A DNA stretch of 64,000 nt from the human T2T-CHM13v2.0 reference genome, Homo sapiens: NCBI RefSeq assembly GCF_009914755.1, contig NC_060926.1, one strand, 5' to 3'. The notes under the pieces are model-generated. The model saw only the letters and a program-made list of their open reading frames with translations. It had not been told where the DNA came from and did not search any database. The first letter of the stretch is position 1; each line of letters starts with the position of its first letter. A program made the translations under genes and the position numbers. Below are positions 1 through 13,428 of the stretch, one piece after another.

Positions 1-520
1 TATACATTTTGGATATTAACTGTGCCTAAGATATAAAGTTTGCAAATATTTTTTCCCATTCTGTATGTTTTCTCTTCACTCTTTCAACTGTTTCCTTTGC
101 TGTGCAGAAGCTTTTTAGTTGGATACAGTCCCACTTATCTAGTTTTGCTGTTGTTTAGCTTTGTGTTTTTGGGGTCATATCCAAAGAAATCATTGCCCAG
201 ACCAATGTCAAGAAGTATTTCCTTTATGTTTTCTTCTAGTAGTTTTTTTTTTTTTTTAATAGAGATGAGGTCACACTATGGTGCCCAGGATGGTCTTGAA
301 CTCCCTGGGATCAAGTGATCTTCCCACCTCAGCCTCCCAAAGTGCTGTAATTACAGGTGTGAGCCACCATGCCAGGCCTCTTTTGGCAGTTTTATAATTT
401 CAGGTCTATGTTTAAGTCTTCAATCCATTTTAAGTTGATTTTTTTATATGGTGTAAGATTCAGTTTCATTCTTCTTCATGTGGATATACTGTTTTCCCAA
501 TACCATGTATTGAAAAGACT
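1..520 (-). mobile_element. Old L1 fragment (ORF2 3' region, antisense) interrupted by an Alu monomer
   Basis: Typical antisense L1 text (ttgctgtgcagaagctttttagtt...cccagaccaatgtca...ttcttctagtagttt / caggtctatgtttaagtctt...tggatatactgttttcccaataccat). Confidence 0.8.
243..378 (-). mobile_element. Alu monomer (FLAM-like)
   Basis: polyT followed by agagatgaggtcacactatg...cctcccaaagtgctgtaattacaggtgtgagccacc. Confidence 0.85.
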
Positions 521-861
521 GGGGTTGTAATCCACCACTAATCCCTTGTAAAATCCCTGCCTCTCTAAAGGTATCTTCGCTCATTATTCAAACATCTCAT
601 TTGCATGAGAACTGGGATCCTTTTAGCTTCCTGAGTCAGTACATTTGGGGATGATTCTCTCTTTATTTACAGATTATAGAAGCCTATACAAGTGCACAAT
701 TACATCCACACATGCATGCACATACATGCACAAGCACATGTGCAACCCACATTTTCTCTAGACACATAATCCCCTAAAACAAATTAGAAATCAAACATAC
801 AACTTTCTAGGCTTAGGGGCCTCATGGGCTTTATGAAGTATCGTTTCCTCATTGCTCTAAA

Positions 862-1052
862 GCACTGAGGGATCAAAGTTTGATCCCTGGACCAGCAGCA
901 TCAGCATCATCTGGAAATTTGTTAGAAATGCTCATTCTTGGGCCCCACCTCATACCTCAGTCAGAAACTCTGGAGGTGGAACCGAGAAACCTGGGTTTTA
1001 ATGAGCTCTCTAGAAGAATCTGCTGCCAACCCAATCTTGAGAGCTGCTGGTC
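862..1052. mobile_element. MER5A-like hAT-Charlie DNA transposon remnant
   Basis: ggaccagcagcatcagcatcatctggaaatttgttagaaatgc...tcagaaactctggaggtgg matches MER5A as recalled. Confidence 0.75.
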
Positions 1053-1210
1053 TAAAGAAAGCATTGCAATATCATTTTCTGAGGAATAGATAGTAAATCC
1101 TCAAAATGAGCCTCAATTATAATGGACAATTCAGAATAAATCCCCTTGTATCCATCCTCCCCTTTGCACCCTAGACTTCCACTCTGCTTTCCCCTTCTAC
1201 CAAAGAGTAA

Positions 1211-1456
<246 letters not shown>

Positions 1457-1834
1457 CTCAGCTAACCACAAATGTCTCCTCCAGGCTATGAAATTGGCCG
1501 ATTTCAAGAACACATCTCCTTTTCAACCCCATTCCTTATCTGCTCCAACCTGGACTCATTTAGATCGTGCTTATTTGGATTGCAAAAGGGAGTCCCACCA
1601 TCGCTGGTGGTATCCCAGGGTCCCTGCTCAAGTTTTCTTTGAAAAGGAGGGCTGGAATGGTACATCACATAGGCAAGTCCTGCCCTGTATTTAGGCTTTG
1701 CCTGCTTGGTGTGATGTAAGGGAAATTGAAAGACTTGCCCATTCAAAATGATCTTTACCGTGGCCTGCCCCATGCTTATGGTCCCCAGCATTTACAGTAA
1801 CTTGTGAATGTTAAGTATCATCTCTTATCTAAAT

Positions 1835-1840
1835 ATTAAA
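1835..1840 (+). terminator. DHRS9: DHRS9 polyadenylation signal (ATTAAA)
   Basis: ATTAAA ~380 nt after the stop; likely cleavage near 1853-1860. Confidence 0.7.
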
Positions 1841-2720
1841 AGATAAGTCAAACATTTTCATGAGTGGATAGACATGTTCTGTTACCTTGCTGAGGATGAC
1901 TCTGAAGGACCAAAGCTCAGTTCTGATAAGCTTTGAAAAGGACAGGAAAAGGGAGGGTGATCAAGCATTGTGTGACACGGGTATAAGCTAAAGGCAGCAG
2001 TAAAACACTAGATAGAACTGCAAACAGAAGGAAAGAAAAAGATAGGAAAAGGAATAAGAGGACTGCAACAAAAGAATATATACCTAAATATATATATATG
2101 AAGAGAGACTCCCCAACACTCAGACAAGCCTTCCTAGAGGGAGCTATGGAGGTGAACATCCTATTCAAGCCCCTAAGAACATTGATGCACACAGTTTTCT
2201 GGTGGAAAGATGTAATGACATAGTAACTAATCATTCCAAAAGAAGAATAATGTTACATTTGGTTGGTTTATTCTGATGATTGTAAAAGTAACAAGACCCA
2301 GACCATGTGGCACAACTTACACCTGAGATGGCTGGAAATCTTGCATTTGAAGGGTCTTTGAAGCCCCATGAAGATATAGAGCTAAATAAAAAGGCTCTCT
2401 TTAGTCTACAGTTACAGTGGGATTAGATCTGCATCTTGCTTATATTCATGTTTCTAAATTGAATAGACCCTGGGCCCACACCCCATCCAAAAGAAAGAGT
2501 TCCCTAAACAGACGTTTCCCGATTCCAATAGCCAATACTGCTCGCAAAGGTTTGTAGACTATTTACAAGAAGAAGCCTGCAGTGGCAGAATGCAACATGT
2601 TTTGCTTAATAATATGGTGTAAACAGCCAGAGAGATTAGCTAATGCACATGTGCAAGTGTGCACGTGCACACACACACAGAGGCATATACACACATGCTT
2701 AACATATTGCAAAGAAAGTC

Positions 2721-3000
2721 TGCCTGTAATCCCAGCAGGTCAAGGCAGAAGGATCGCTTGAGCCCAGGAGTTCAAAACCAGCTTGGGCAATATAGTGAAA
2801 TCTTGTCTCTACAAAAACTAAAGAGTTAGCTTGGCATGGTAGTGTACATCTGTAGTCCCAGCTACTTGGGAGACTGAGGCAGAGGATCACTTGAGCCAGG
2901 AGGTTGAGGCTGCATTGAGCTGTGATCATGCCACTGCACTCCAGCCTGGAAGACGGAGCAAGACCTTGTCTCAAAAAAAGAAAAGAAAAGAAAAGAAAAA
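2721..3000 (+). mobile_element. AluJ-like element
   Basis: Dimeric Alu with ggatcgcttgagcccaggagttc and an (AAAAG)n tail. Confidence 0.9.
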
Positions 3001-5124
3001 ATATTTAATATCTGCTGCTTGAAACCATGTCCGTTTGAAGGTATTAGTAATTCTATTCATTTTTAATCACCTTTCCAGAAATATCTGCTTATGAGGTAAT
3101 TTTCTCCTTTCAAGTTTACAACATATTGGTGAGTGAAAAATCAAATTACAAATGGTGTCAATCCACTTAGATATACATTTCATAATTTTGAAGAAGGATA
3201 TACTCATCATTTTTGCATCAAAATGAAAAAAAAATCACAGCAAGAATGAGATGGAAGAATTCTCGGGCAAAGTTAACTAACCTGCCTGCCTGTGAGGTCA
3301 TCCCCATCTTGGACCTAGCCCCAGAGACAGCTCACTTGTAGATCTCTGGTTTCTTCTTGTTGCAGTTAACCACCCCATAGTCTGTTCTTGGAGGTAAAGT
3401 TCACCAATGTTGTCTGCTGGGGCCCCTCCTCACCTTGAATTCACATCTTGGCTTCATTTCACTGCTTTAGAATTCTTGACAAGCTGCTCCCTGACTTTCC
3501 AGACCTCCCAGGGCTACCAAGATGTTTAGACTCTGAAGGAACTTTCTTTGCCAAGCTTCTAACCATTTCAGTCATATTCTTGGGCCTACCTGATTGTGTT
3601 CTTTCTTTTGTTTTGCCTAGACCTGAGTTCTTTGTTCTTTCCTTCCAGTAGCTACAATTTGGTAACTCCCTGTTTCATCCAACTAAAAAATTCTCTCCTT
3701 AAAACAAATGTCACCAGGTGTGATATTACTCCAAAATAATACCAAATATATTCACCTAAGCAATTTTTAAAGGTTTTTAAAATACATGAGAAGGTGGGGT
3801 GTTGGGGGCATAGAGGCATAAGTCTCTACAGAGGCACAAGATGTGTGGTAGGGAGAAAGGGGGGACGAGGATATCAGACAGTCACTATATCAGGCATCTT
3901 GGGCATGGGTTCCTAGACTTCTCTCTGTCTTACCATAATCACTTCTAATTCTCTGTTCTTTTGGGGAAAATACCTATCAAATTTTTATCTGTAAATATTT
4001 GAAGAGACATATTTTGACTACGATGGACATTCTTCTAAGTATTGGCCTATAATAAGGAACATGATGGATGTGAGGCCTTCCTTCCTAGAGCCTTTTGGAA
4101 ATAATCCAAATCTAAGGCCAATACTCAGGAAGCCTTAGAGGACCTTCTCCAGGAATGCACGGCCAAGATGAACGGAGATGTTGTCCTCCACCACATCTAG
4201 CTTGAAGGATTCTTCCTCACTTAGTTTAGAGAGACCAAGAGAACCTCCCAAACCCTCCCTCTGACCTGATCCAAAAATCCAAGTGTGTCCTTCATCTGGG
4301 CATCCACAATATATTCAAATCTGGAGTTTTTATCTTCCCTGCCCCACAGATGTTTTCCCAGTCCAGCACCAACTACTGTCAATTTAATCTCCATAGGGAT
4401 CTGGAGTCTGTCTACCTTTCTTCATCTCCAGTGCAATCACCTGTTCAAGCTACCCTCATCTCTTGTTTCTACCACAGCATATCCACCTTGTGCACCATCA
4501 TTGATTTCTCTTCATTGTAGTCAGAATTGTTCATAATTAACATCTAATCATTCTACTCCTTCTGTCGTTGCTTTCTTAAAATCTTTTCAAAGTGTTCCTG
4601 TTGCACTTTGGCTGAAGACTAAAATGATTATGTGAACCCTGCTGCCACCATACTCCTCATTAGCCTCATTTTATAGCACTGTTCTCTTCACTTGGCCACC
4701 TCTGCAGCTTTCCCATGCCTCTCTCTGGAAAGTTCCATCTTACCTGGTTTTCTAGTTTCTTTGTCCTACAGATCTCAACCACGTTCTCAGGGAAGCCTGC
4801 ACAATTTCAAATTCTGACCACCACCTCTTTGTCCAGTTAGGTTCCCATCTTGTACACTCTCACTGTGCCCTGTAATTTTCTTCAGGAATCTCATCACAGT
4901 CTGTAATTGTATATGCATATGGTTAGTTAATATAGGTCTCCTGTATCATATCATAAGCTCCATAAAATCATGAATAATGATGCTTTGCTTATCTTTGTAT
5001 CTCCTTACCTAGGACATCGCTGGCACACAGATCAATGTTCAATACATGTTTGTTGAATGAACACAAAAATTAGTCTATATTAGCCTTTCTAACTAAGGGT
5101 CAATTTATTACTCAAGATCAAGCT

Positions 5125-5415
5125 GGTCGGGTGCAGTGGCTCAGGCCTGTAATCCCAATATTTTGGGGGGGCCAACGCGGGAGAATCAGTTCCAGAGCAG
5201 CCTGGACAACACAGGGAGGCCCCATCTCTACAAAAACAAATTAAAAATATAAAAATTAGCTGAGCATGCTGGCATGTGCCTGTAGTCCTAGCTACAGTCT
5301 GAGGCAAGAGGGTATCTTGAGCCCAGGAGACTGAGGCTGCAGTGAGCTATGATTGCACCACTATAGTCCAGCCTGGGCAACAGAGCAAAACTCTGTCCCT
5401 AAAACATGAAAAATA
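5125..5415 (+). mobile_element. AluJ-like element with TSD
   Basis: Alu body; TSD aagatcaagct at 5114-5124 and 5431-5441. Confidence 0.9.
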
Positions 5416-6864
5416 ATACGTTTTTTCAAAAAGATCAAGCTTGCTGATCCCAATAGTTGTGCTGTCAGTGTGCCAGTTCAGTCAAAGTCTTATAACTTCC
5501 TTGAGCATTTCAGGTCTTCCTGAAGGCTCCCCAGCTCTGGCTCTGCTCTCAGCCAGATACTGAGCAGTGTTACTGTAGTGATTTCCCACCACCTATTGCA
5601 AAGGAGGCTGCCTCCATGCCAAGCCATCCTGGGCCCAGTAGGCACAGAACTAAAAGAGCACCAGGGATCATTGAGTCTATTTCTCTGCTTACAGGCAGGA
5701 CATGTCTAAGCCATCCAGCCTGAAGAGAATCTCTTCTAGTTAGAATCTCTCCAGAAACTCTATAACTTCTGTTATCTTAGGGTAGACCAATACTTAATGA
5801 CCAATATTTCACCCTGACCAATAGTTAATGAGAAAAATTTCCAGGAAACTTCTTTAAAAAATGATCAATTTTGGCTCTTCTGCACACTATTAATCCCAGT
5901 AGTTTTCAAGAACACAAGACATCACAGTCCCATCAATGTGGAGGAAAAGCTAAACATTCTCAAAATGAAAAACATTTTTTATATTTATGACAACTCAATC
6001 TAAGCCATAGTTTATAAGGACAAAGCTGACCAAGAGTTTTGTGAGTCTTTGCAAGGTGAAAAATAAGATAATTTGATATTCCTAATGCTAACATTCTTCC
6101 TCAACTCTGCAATTCATTTTTCAAAAAGAAAATATAATTTCCATCCTAGTAGATGAGGTACTAATACAGCCAGAGCTTTAGTACAGATTCTGGTTTAGTA
6201 GTATTTCCAAGCATCTTTCTTTTTTTTTCTTCTATTTTCTTTTTTGCATATAACACCTGCTCAAGCAGGAACCAGATCACAGTTCTTGCCTGATTAGTCC
6301 CTAGAAATAGCAATCCAGCCTAAAATAGTTCAGGCGAGAGCAACAGAGCATTCTCTCATTCTACAACTAGCAACTCTCCTGAACTGCTCCATTTTACTTC
6401 CTTTTGAGAAACTGGAAACAGAAAGTATTCTGCTATGAATACATAGTTTAAGTTCTGGGCAAAAACCATCTATCCCCGTATGTAGATAAAATATTTACTT
6501 ACTGTGTTCTGGGTCTGTTTTCTCCTAGGTATGGCAACCGTAACTTGAGTATAATGCCACCCAATTAATGTTGATGCCTGAATTATGAACCAGGTAATCC
6601 AAACAACCTGACTTGCCATGGGCATAATAGGAGAAATAGTCATAATGATTGCTTAATACTTAAGTATAGGTCAGATTTTAAATACACTTTACTGTCTATT
6701 ACATGAATGATTTCACGTAACCCTAATCATATCTCACTTACGTGTGTTTTTTAGAGATGGAGAAGTGAAATCACAGAGAGACAAGCAACTTCCTAAGGTT
6801 ACACTGCTAGTGAGTGTGGGCCAGGGTTCAAGCCCAGGCAGCTTGATGTTGGAGCCGATGCTCA

Positions 6865-7140
<276 letters not shown>

Positions 7141-8689
7141 CTAGCATTAGTCTTACCTGGCCAATAACCAATTATGCATAAGAGTGATGCATAATTTTGA
7201 GCAATATACAAAGATATACCCCTTTTAGTTTTCCTGTATTCTATTTTCAAAATTTTCTCACTCATGATGACATAATAAAGGCACTTAAACATCATTCCCT
7301 AGATCCTTAAAGTTTTCTAACTAGATTTCTGGATTTTCTTTCTTTTTTTCTCTTTTTCAATCTTCTTTCTTCTTTTGTTGTTATGGATTTTGTCCATTTG
7401 TTGTTGTTAGTTGTTTCAGGAATTTATTTGCAATCACTTTTTGCTAATTTCAATAAAGGCCTTAGATCAACTGTTCTGACCCAAGATCAACACTACACAT
7501 CTTCCAGCTTTTAAGATGAGACAAAAGAAAAAGAACAGAAGTCTGGGGTCCCACACATACTATGTTTCCAGATGACTGTATTTTTTTCAACAAATAGTGG
7601 GACAAACTATGCTGGTCCTTGTGGCTAGGGCCAGTCCTGGGAACACTAATGAGAGAAATGAGGGGACCTTAGCTGGAATGAGGTCAGGGCCTCCTGGCAC
7701 TACCACACTGCAATCTCAAAAAAAAAAAAAAAAAAAAAACAGTAAGTGGCTGGACTTTCTCATTTGGCTGGAAGAGGTCATATAGCTCATAATCTGTCTC
7801 ACAGAGACACTTCCACTAAGAACATTCCCAAGATGACAAGTTTCTGCTCCAATACCACTAAAGAATGGACGGTCACCATCTTCCAATTTACCCTGTTGAT
7901 TAGCTTTAGTTACTAGAACATTCTTTATAATTTTTCACCCAAAATTTCTCAGTGTGGATGAGGGGAGAAATGGCTATTGTTTCTGCTGCCATCATGATGA
8001 TAATGGTTCACATTCACTGAGCCTTTAAAATGAGCCAGAATCTACCCAGAACACTATCTATGCACTTTCTCATGAAGTCTTTACAACTTTTGCACAACAG
8101 GTGCATTTATTGTCCCATTTTACAAATGAGGATTCTAAAATTCAAGATTCTTTCATCTCTAGTAATCTAAGATTCCTAAATGCCCACTTGATAAAATGCT
8201 CATTCCCAAAAATAAATATACAAGAAAAGCATAATTAGACAATGGATTTTAAAAGCCAAAATTCTTCATTAAAGTTCTTTCTGAACTCTGGAGCCACTGT
8301 AAATGAGAAACTCTAAAGCTCTGGGTGCTGAAAGCAGAAGTCAAGCCTCCTGGCCAGTCATCCCCAAGCACTTTCCCCATGCCTTCAGACCTTGAGAGAA
8401 ATGATGGACAGTGTGTGCAGGCTCTTTCCACGTTCCTTCCACTCGCTCCAACCCCTGCTGCAAACACCCTTTTAAGAAATTAGACTTTTTTTCGTGAACA
8501 GAAATACATGCAGTTACCTTCATGCTTTACAAATGTCAATGCTCATTCTGAATGAAATAAACAAAAGTGTTCTGGTCAGAAAACCCTCCAAGCGCCCAAA
8601 TGTTCTTTGGACCCCCTCCCAATTGGCCATTCTTTCACCTCCAAGGTGGAATGGAATCTGATCTGAGTCCTGTCCCTGCAAGGAGCATT

Positions 8690-9500
8690 TTTATCACTGA
8701 CTTAGATGAAAACAAAGGCAGGTTTTGTTAACTCACCAGGGAAATACATGAGAAGACAGAATCTGGGTCTAAAATGCTGCTATGAGTTCTAACCATGGAC
8801 TAACAGGATGAAATGGTACAGGGAAAGGTGCAAGGCTCTGTTTTGCTTCCAAAAAAGCAAACATGGGATTCAAAGCCACACTGTGAAAATAATTGAGGTA
8901 TTTTATGCAAAAATCAGTTCCAAATGAATCAATGATGTAATATGACAGTGTGACTTAACTACTCCCCGCTTACCTCCAAAAGGAAAAAAAGGAAATCATG
9001 CTCTGATCTCATCCTAAATTTTAAATTTACAACATATAGAGTAAGGTTGGTAATGGTTATGTCTCCTCCCAGCTGCTCAGGGCTCTGGTAAAACTTGCCT
9101 TCACTGTTGGGAACTCTACACTTATAGAGCAACAGACACTTTGGAGTGGGCGGCAGGAGAGCAGATTATCTGAAGTCCAGGTTAGCAGAAGGCGCTGGGC
9201 TTGTTTGCTTGGAAGAGACTGAGGGAAGACAGTACGGCCCACTTAAAGGGGCCTCCCTGAGAACAGGAATTAAACTCATATCAGAGGGCACAGAGTGGCA
9301 GAGCCAGAGTCATGGGTGGAAGTTACACAGAGTTCAAGTTCAGCACCATAGAGGGGATTTTTGTACCACTAGGAGTTGGATCAAAGGGCAGCTGCCATTG
9401 GCAGGCAAGCACAGGAAGGACCACCCTTGGAATGGGGATGCCGGAGAAGGGAGTCAAGCAATATGGGGTTGCATTTGCTGACTTGGATGACATTTGAGGA
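8690..9500 (+). mobile_element. Ancient CR1/L3 LINE remnant
   Basis: Degenerate CR1 RT/3' motifs (atcactgacttagatgaa; aacaggatgaaatggtacagggaaaggtgcaagg; ctgggcttgtttgcttggaagagactgaggg; atgggtggaagttaca; ttggatgacatttgagg). Confidence 0.55.
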
Positions 9501-10260
9501 TTCTATGGCTGGACAGGGTCTTTCTTCAAATATGGTACATACCAGCATAAAGAGACCTAACCTTTCTAATCACTAAAACCGTGGGATGTAACAAGCCAAA
9601 TGTCTCTTGCTTCAGTTTTCATGAGGCCTGGAATTTCATTTCTTCAAGACTTGAAAGAAGCGCCTTAGCTTCTGATGAGGAGAAAGGAGGCAGCTGCTGA
9701 AAGGAGAGGGAATACACATCAAGATCAACTAAAGCTAAATTTCAGATCTTGCCCAGAAGCAGCCCCGAGGATTAGCACAGCGAAAAGGAGGCTGGAAGGA
9801 TTCTTGGGGCAACCTGCAACCTGGGCATCCATAGCTAGTTTAATTGTGTGGGGGTGCAGTTGTCAGAAACATGTGCTCACTTCTTAAAACAGGTGTTATT
9901 AATGGATCCAGTATAAATTGAACAACAAAACTAGGAAAGAATATACAGTGAAATCTTAGTCTTCCTCTTCCCAGGCCTCTGGTCCCTAGCTAGGACTTTC
10001 TCCTGTGTCATTGCTGAGATGCATATATATAGACAATGTATAGATAACCTTTTCACATACTTTTTACACAAACGGTAGCATAGCTAGACTCCACATTTTC
10101 TCTACCTTGCTCTAAAACGTTCAAATTTTAATGAACAAAAGACTAGGAATCCTAAAAATAATGTTCACAGTCATCATTTTCAAATCTGGCCCTCCTTAGG
10201 CAATAGATGGCTATGATTCCATCAGTTTTACTTCTTCAGTGCCTGACTTAACCAACATAT

Positions 10261-10740
10261 TGTCAACGAAGTAACAAATACAGACAGGCTCTCTAAAAGA
10301 AAATGATGTTTATTTGGGAGTAGGGCATTGCAACGGGAATGCAGGTGCCATAGTAAACTATGTGTGCATTCAGGGAGGTAAAAAAAAAAAAAAAAGACAA
10401 GGAGTTTTAAAGGAAAAAATGAGAAGGATACATAATTATTTTGAAATGATTACCTTTGGCTACAAAGATCAATAACAAGGGTGATCAATAACAAGGTCTG
10501 CCAGTCTGAGGTTGGGCAGACAGTTCCTGGGAAGATGTCTTTGCAGAAGTATTTTTTGTGTAAGGTTGTGATGGCCTTTGTGCAAGGTTGTGGTTGTTGC
10601 AGTCTTTTATGTTAGACTTTTTTAAAATCAGGCATGCAAACATGAGAACTCTCTCTTCACAGCCTTCATAGCTCTATTTGTGAGGGTTTTTTTTTTTTTT
10701 TTAACACAAGTGACTCCATTTTGGTTGTGACAACTTCACA
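10261..10740 (-). mobile_element. ERV1 (MER4-group, MER31/MER67-like) solo LTR
   Basis: TG...CA ends; the minus strand starts tgtgaagttgtcacaaccaaaatggagtcact and has AATAAA near its 3' end. Confidence 0.65.
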
Positions 10741-11364
10741 ACATGAAATCATTCAATATCGATGCTGTTATTCCTTCATTAAATACATCTTGAAGTTAAT
10801 ATTCCCTATGCTCTTGTTTCCTCTCTAATTTATTGCAGCAATTATATTTACCCTGGATAAAATAAGAAAAAAGATAATTGTATTGACTGTAAGCAATTCT
10901 TATGAGTGTAATGCCATTTATCAACAATAGCATTTATAAGTGGAATCACCAATCCATTAATAAATCATTCTGAAGGTAAGTTACTCCTCTAAGTAAAGTT
11001 AATTAATTATTTCAGGCAACTATTTAGAAAATATGACCTTCCCTTTGCTGATCTAATTCCTGAAGAGTGTTTGATTCACTAAGAGTCAGTTCCATGATAC
11101 CAGCAGTCAAGGCTTCTAAAAGTAAGACATTGATTGAAACTTTCCCTTTATTTATTTCTTAAACCTGTTCTGTTTTTTAAATGAGTACCAGAGATCCACT
11201 TACTTGACTATTTGCAAAAAGTAGCAAATGAGGCATTAACAAAGTTGCCCTGTCTGATTCTAAAACCTAAACCTCTTTGACAGTTCGCTGTTAAGTAAAC
11301 CACTTCCCTGCTGTGAGGAAATGGAGTCATCACACTCATTATTACCTTGAAATGACAGGGGAGC

Positions 11365-11762
11365 TGTTATGGGTTGAAATATATCACCCCAGCAAAAAAT
11401 ATATGTTGGAGTCCTAACCCCTACTACCTCAGAATGTGACCTTATTTGGAGACAGCCTCTTTACAGAGGTAATCAAGTTAAAATGAGGTCATTAGTGTGG
11501 ACCCTAATCCAATATGACATATGCCCTTATAAAAAGGAAAATTTGGACACAGACACATAGGGGGAAGATAACATGAAGAGACGCATGAGAAGATAGCCAT
11601 CCGCAAGCCAAGGACAGAGGCCTGGAACAGATCCTTCCCTCACAGCCCTCAAAGGAACCAACCTGCCAACACCTTGATTTCTGAATTTTAGCTTCCAGGA
11701 GTGTGAGACAACATTTTTCTGTTGTTTAAGCCCCACACTCTGTGATCCTTCATTATGGAGCC
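11365..11762 (+). mobile_element. MaLR solo LTR (MLT1B-like)
   Basis: tgttatgggttgaa...cctcagaatgtgaccttatttgga...ccctaatccaatatgac...gtgagacaacatttttctgttgtttaagcc. Confidence 0.85.
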
Positions 11763-11914
11763 ATGCGATGATGGGACTATGGCATTGGCTTGGCAGCATG
11801 ATGGAGTGAAACACTCCTCAGGAGTTCATCTAGCCCATCTTCTTGCCTCTGAGCATCTTTCCTGGATGAGTACTTTAAAAAAATGGTGAGAAATCTGTCT
11901 AGAAGTGCCTCATA

Positions 11915-12110
11915 GGTGGTCAAGAACAGAGACTCTTGGATCGAGCTCCTGGGGTCAAAACCCATCTTTGCCCTTAGCATTGGCTTGACCATTGGCATAT
12001 TACTTAATTTCTCTTAGTTTTCTCATCTGTATAATGGGGGTGGGTGTACCTTGGACAGTTACAAGAATTAAACAAGTAAATGCATGTCAAATACAGCATA
12101 GTGCTTTTAA
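11915..12110 (+). mobile_element. MIR
   Basis: MIR core (ttacttaatttctcttagttttctcatctgtataatgggg). Confidence 0.6.
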
Positions 12111-13302
12111 TGTATTGTAGCTATGAGTATTATTCATTTTGTTGGCACTTTTTCAAATTAGCTTAGGTTCATGGCAGAACCTAGCTATAAGTTGGCCCGC
12201 ACCTTGATCTGTTATTTGAATGGATTGGCCAAGGTCGAAGACAAGGACAAGAGCAACACTCTGACTTTTGTTCTTCCCTATTGTATAAGTTAGGTGTAAC
12301 GAGAAGAGATCCTCAGCAGAACACTCAGAATGATGAGAGGAGATCTGAGACCTGTGGGGAAAACAACCACAACAAACATCCATTCATCACCATTTTCTCA
12401 GCACCATTGTGGGGAGTCCTACCCATGGCTACAGAGGAATGGCCCAAGATGGAAGCCTGGCCTGGCAATGCCTTCAGTTACCAGAAGGATGTTACTATAC
12501 ATAGTGGCACAGTTGCAAGGCCCTTCAGGTCGCCAACACTCCTCCTAATTTCAAAGAAATTACCAGCAGGTAATTTCAAAGAAAAGGGAATAGAGGCCCT
12601 GAAAGGTGGGGAGACTTAAATAATACTATGTCAGATTCAGGACAGAGCAAGAGTTGGATACGAAGAAATGGGCTTCCTCTATTGCGGGAAAGATAAGAGA
12701 GTTCAGTTACACAGCAGGAAATCTGACCCCAGAGACTGACCAGAATAGAGAACTAAGGGCATGACACCCTCAGCCCTGTAAAGTTGTAGAAATAAGATGA
12801 TAATGATGATGATAATGGTTATTACCAAATGTTGAGCAACTGTTCAATAACAGCACTAATTGTGTGTTCATTGGCTAATTGTTAATTAAACTGTGTTAAC
12901 TGTTTTGCATGCGTGGTTACCTCATTTAATCTTTCTACAACAACCTTGCAAGACTATGAAGAGGAGCAGAGCTCAGATAGGGTATGAAACTTATCCAGAA
13001 TCTCAGAGCTTAAGGGATAGCAGTTGGGACCACCAACCTCTACTTCAGACAGCCTCCTGCAGGCAGCAACCAGCAACAGATGCCGCTAAGGGCCCTTCTG
13101 GCTCTGTGGTTGTATGTTTTTAGAATATCTAAGTCACAGCCATGAGAAGTTTTATCTTTTATCAGTGAAGTCAATTCACTTGGTCATATAGAGTTTTGAA
13201 CTATGAAAACTATTATTATAAAAAATAATTACCACAATCACTTTGGAGAAAGAACAAGTTCTCATACCAAATCTTTGATGAATTTGCGTCTGATGTTTTC
13301 TG

Positions 13303-13428
13303 TTTTTTTATTTTCTAGAGACAGGTTCTTGCTATGTTGCTTAGGCTGGTCTCTAACTCCTAGGCTCAAGTAATCCTGCCACCTCAGTTTGCAGGCAGCT
13401 GGGACTATAGGTATGCACCATCCCCGGC
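13303..13428 (-). mobile_element. Alu monomer (FLAM-like)
   Basis: agagacaggttcttgctatgttgcttaggctggtctctaactcctaggctcaag. Confidence 0.8.

Noticed and set aside
7718-7739. Isolated A22 tract preceded by atctc (possible extremely truncated Alu)
   Set aside because: No convincing TSD or Alu body; treated as a simple polyA.
10467-10496. 14-bp near-tandem duplication gatcaataacaagg (similar 13-bp case at ~50752-50784)
   Set aside because: Ordinary slippage micro-duplications inside old repeats.
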